Positions 62,979-64,000 of a DNA stretch of 64,000 nt are shown piece after piece (within the stretch, counting starts at the first letter, position 1; every line of letters begins with the position of its first letter). Source of the stretch: Nitrosopumilaceae archaeon. GTDB lineage: Archaea; Thermoproteota; Nitrososphaeria; Nitrososphaerales; Nitrosopumilaceae. The notes under the pieces were generated by a model. It was not told where the DNA came from. It worked only from the letters and a program-made list of their open reading frames with translations, and did not search any database. Location: positions 3,195 through 67,194 of the forward strand of contig JBHIUZ010000002.1 in the NCBI GenBank assembly GCA_042138025.1, read 5' to 3'. The position numbers and the translations under genes are program-made.

Positions 62979-63498
62979 AATACAGGCATTCATAGATTGG
63001 ATTATTGCTTTAGTTTCTGAAAATCTCTATCCTGGGGTTTTTCTTGCAGCTTTAATTGAAACAGTGTTTCCACCAATTCCAAGTGAAGGAGTTTTTCCTT
63101 TAGCAGGATATGTTGTATTAAAAAACGAAATGTCAGTTATTCACATTATTGGAGTAGGGATTACAGGCGGTTCAGGAGCTACGCTTGGAGCATTTATCAT
63201 TTACCTGATAGCCTTAAAACTTGGGAGAACTGGTCTAGCTAAATATCTAAAAATTGCAAAAATAAATTCGGAAAAGCTATCTAAGGCAGATAAATGGTTT
63301 GAAAAATATGGTGACAAATCAGTATTATTTGGAAGATTAATTCCGGGAATTCGTGAACTTGTTTCAATACCTGCAGGAATATTTAGAATGAAACCTAAAA
63401 AATTCCTCATTTTTACTTTCGTAGGTTCGTGTTCATGGAGCACTTTACTAACTGCAATTGGATATTATCTTGGAGTTGCCACAATAGATATTTTTTAA
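62971..63498 (+). CDS. DedA/SNARE-associated family membrane protein
   Basis: LAALIETVFPPIPSEGVFPLAGY and FGRLIPGIRELVSIPAG are DedA hallmarks. Confidence 0.85.
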   Translation: MTEIQAFIDWIIALVSENLYPGVFLAALIETVFPPIPSEGVFPLAGYVVLKNEMSVIHIIGVGITGGSGATLGAFIIYLIALKLGRTGLAKYLKIAKINSEKLSKADKWFEKYGDKSVLFGRLIPGIRELVSIPAGIFRMKPKKFLIFTFVGSCSWSTLLTAIGYYLGVATIDIF

Positions 63499-63539
63499 AT
63501 TTAATAATTCTTAATTCATAGGCACGTATTAAAAAATTA

Positions 63540-63818
63540 ATGAGGGCGATATATAAAAAAGAAACATTACAGGATCCTGAAAAAAAAGGAGAAACCTATA
63601 CAAATCATGTATTATTACGTGAAACAAAGTTTTGTTGTGAGAAATTCCAAGAACACTGTAAAAAATTTACTGCCTGGAGTTATGATCATGGCAAATTTTC
63701 AATTGTTGATCAAATATCCTATGAAAAGCATTCGGTAGTTATAATTAATTTTTGTCCATTCTGTGGAGAGAGTATAGAATATGAAGACATAGATTATTTG
63801 AAAAAAACTTATAATTAA
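63540..63818 (+). CDS. Hypothetical protein with C-terminal Cys pair
   Basis: 92 aa with FCCEKF...HC...FCPFCGE. Confidence 0.35.
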   Translation: MRAIYKKETLQDPEKKGETYTNHVLLRETKFCCEKFQEHCKKFTAWSYDHGKFSIVDQISYEKHSVVIINFCPFCGESIEYEDIDYLKKTYN

Positions 63819-63900
63819 AAACTAAAATAATTCCTTTTTTCAAAATTAAAAACCAAATACTGCATTAAAGTATTAATGACTGGAAGAATTTTCTGCTAAT

Positions 63901-64000
63901 ATGATGGCAGTAATTTTAGCTGGGGGCAGAGGCAGGAGAATTAAATCAATAACGGATTTTGTCCCTAAGCCATTAATTCCATTAGACAGTATACCAATCA
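63901..64000 (+). CDS. Sugar-phosphate nucleotidyltransferase, N-terminal fragment (runs off the window)
   Basis: Own translation: MMAVILAGGRGRRIKSITDFVPKPLIPLDSIPI. It carries the GGxGxR and KPLxP motifs. Confidence 0.6.
   Translation, partial: MMAVILAGGRGRRIKSITDFVPKPLIPLDSIPI

Noticed and set aside
1-64000. CRISPR arrays, transposases or IS elements, rRNA genes and known defence-system genes.
   Set aside because: None were seen. There are no regularly spaced direct repeats, no DDE/HUH or integrase-like ORFs, and no long GC-rich rRNA-like segments.

Overview
The window is AT-rich (roughly one-third GC by eye), densely coded, and archaeal. Gene content points to a marine ammonia-oxidising thaumarchaeon of the Nitrosopumilus type; this is an inference, since no search was run. 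Supporting genes are r-proteins S25e and S26e, Alba, RpoK, deoxyhypusine synthase, aRF1, archaeal-type ThrRS, PurP, a PEFG-CTERM protein, CbtB/CbtA and PhnDCE.

Most of the window is core metabolism and information processing:
- trpEGDCBA, pyrG, ilvD, ilvA, purE, purK and purP
- aspS-gatCAB, thrS, agmatinase, NAD kinase and a PduO-type adenosyltransferase
- one tRNA-Phe(GAA)

Signalling and regulatory genes are unusually dense:
- five stand-alone receiver domains
- two sensor-less histidine-kinase paralogs
- two minimal class III nucleotidyl-cyclase homologs
- two TrmB-like regulators, a tandem pair of ArsR-like wHTH proteins and two stand-alone RAM-domain proteins

I saw no CRISPR array, transposase, integrase, rRNA or recognisable defence island, and I cannot name a single clear-cut novel system.

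The observations most worth follow-up are:
1. GATC-rich boxes, with exact 11- and 12-mers shared between distant promoter regions, wrapped around TATA-like elements. One is a perfect palindrome in front of a TrmB-like gene.
2. The cyclase-centred block of lineage-specific ORFs at 50.7-53.9 kb, including an untracked zinc-ribbon ORF abutting the cyclase.
3. Textbook C2H2 zinc fingers: one fused to NDH-2, and one as a 40-aa ORF coupled to an HD hydrolase.
4. A GC-rich nested hairpin in the trpE upstream region.
5. An NAD kinase fused to a wHTH domain.
6. Several short Cys-rich or very basic ORFs that fall below the ORF-track length cutoff.

All functional calls come from motif recognition by eye and need HMM or structure searches to confirm.
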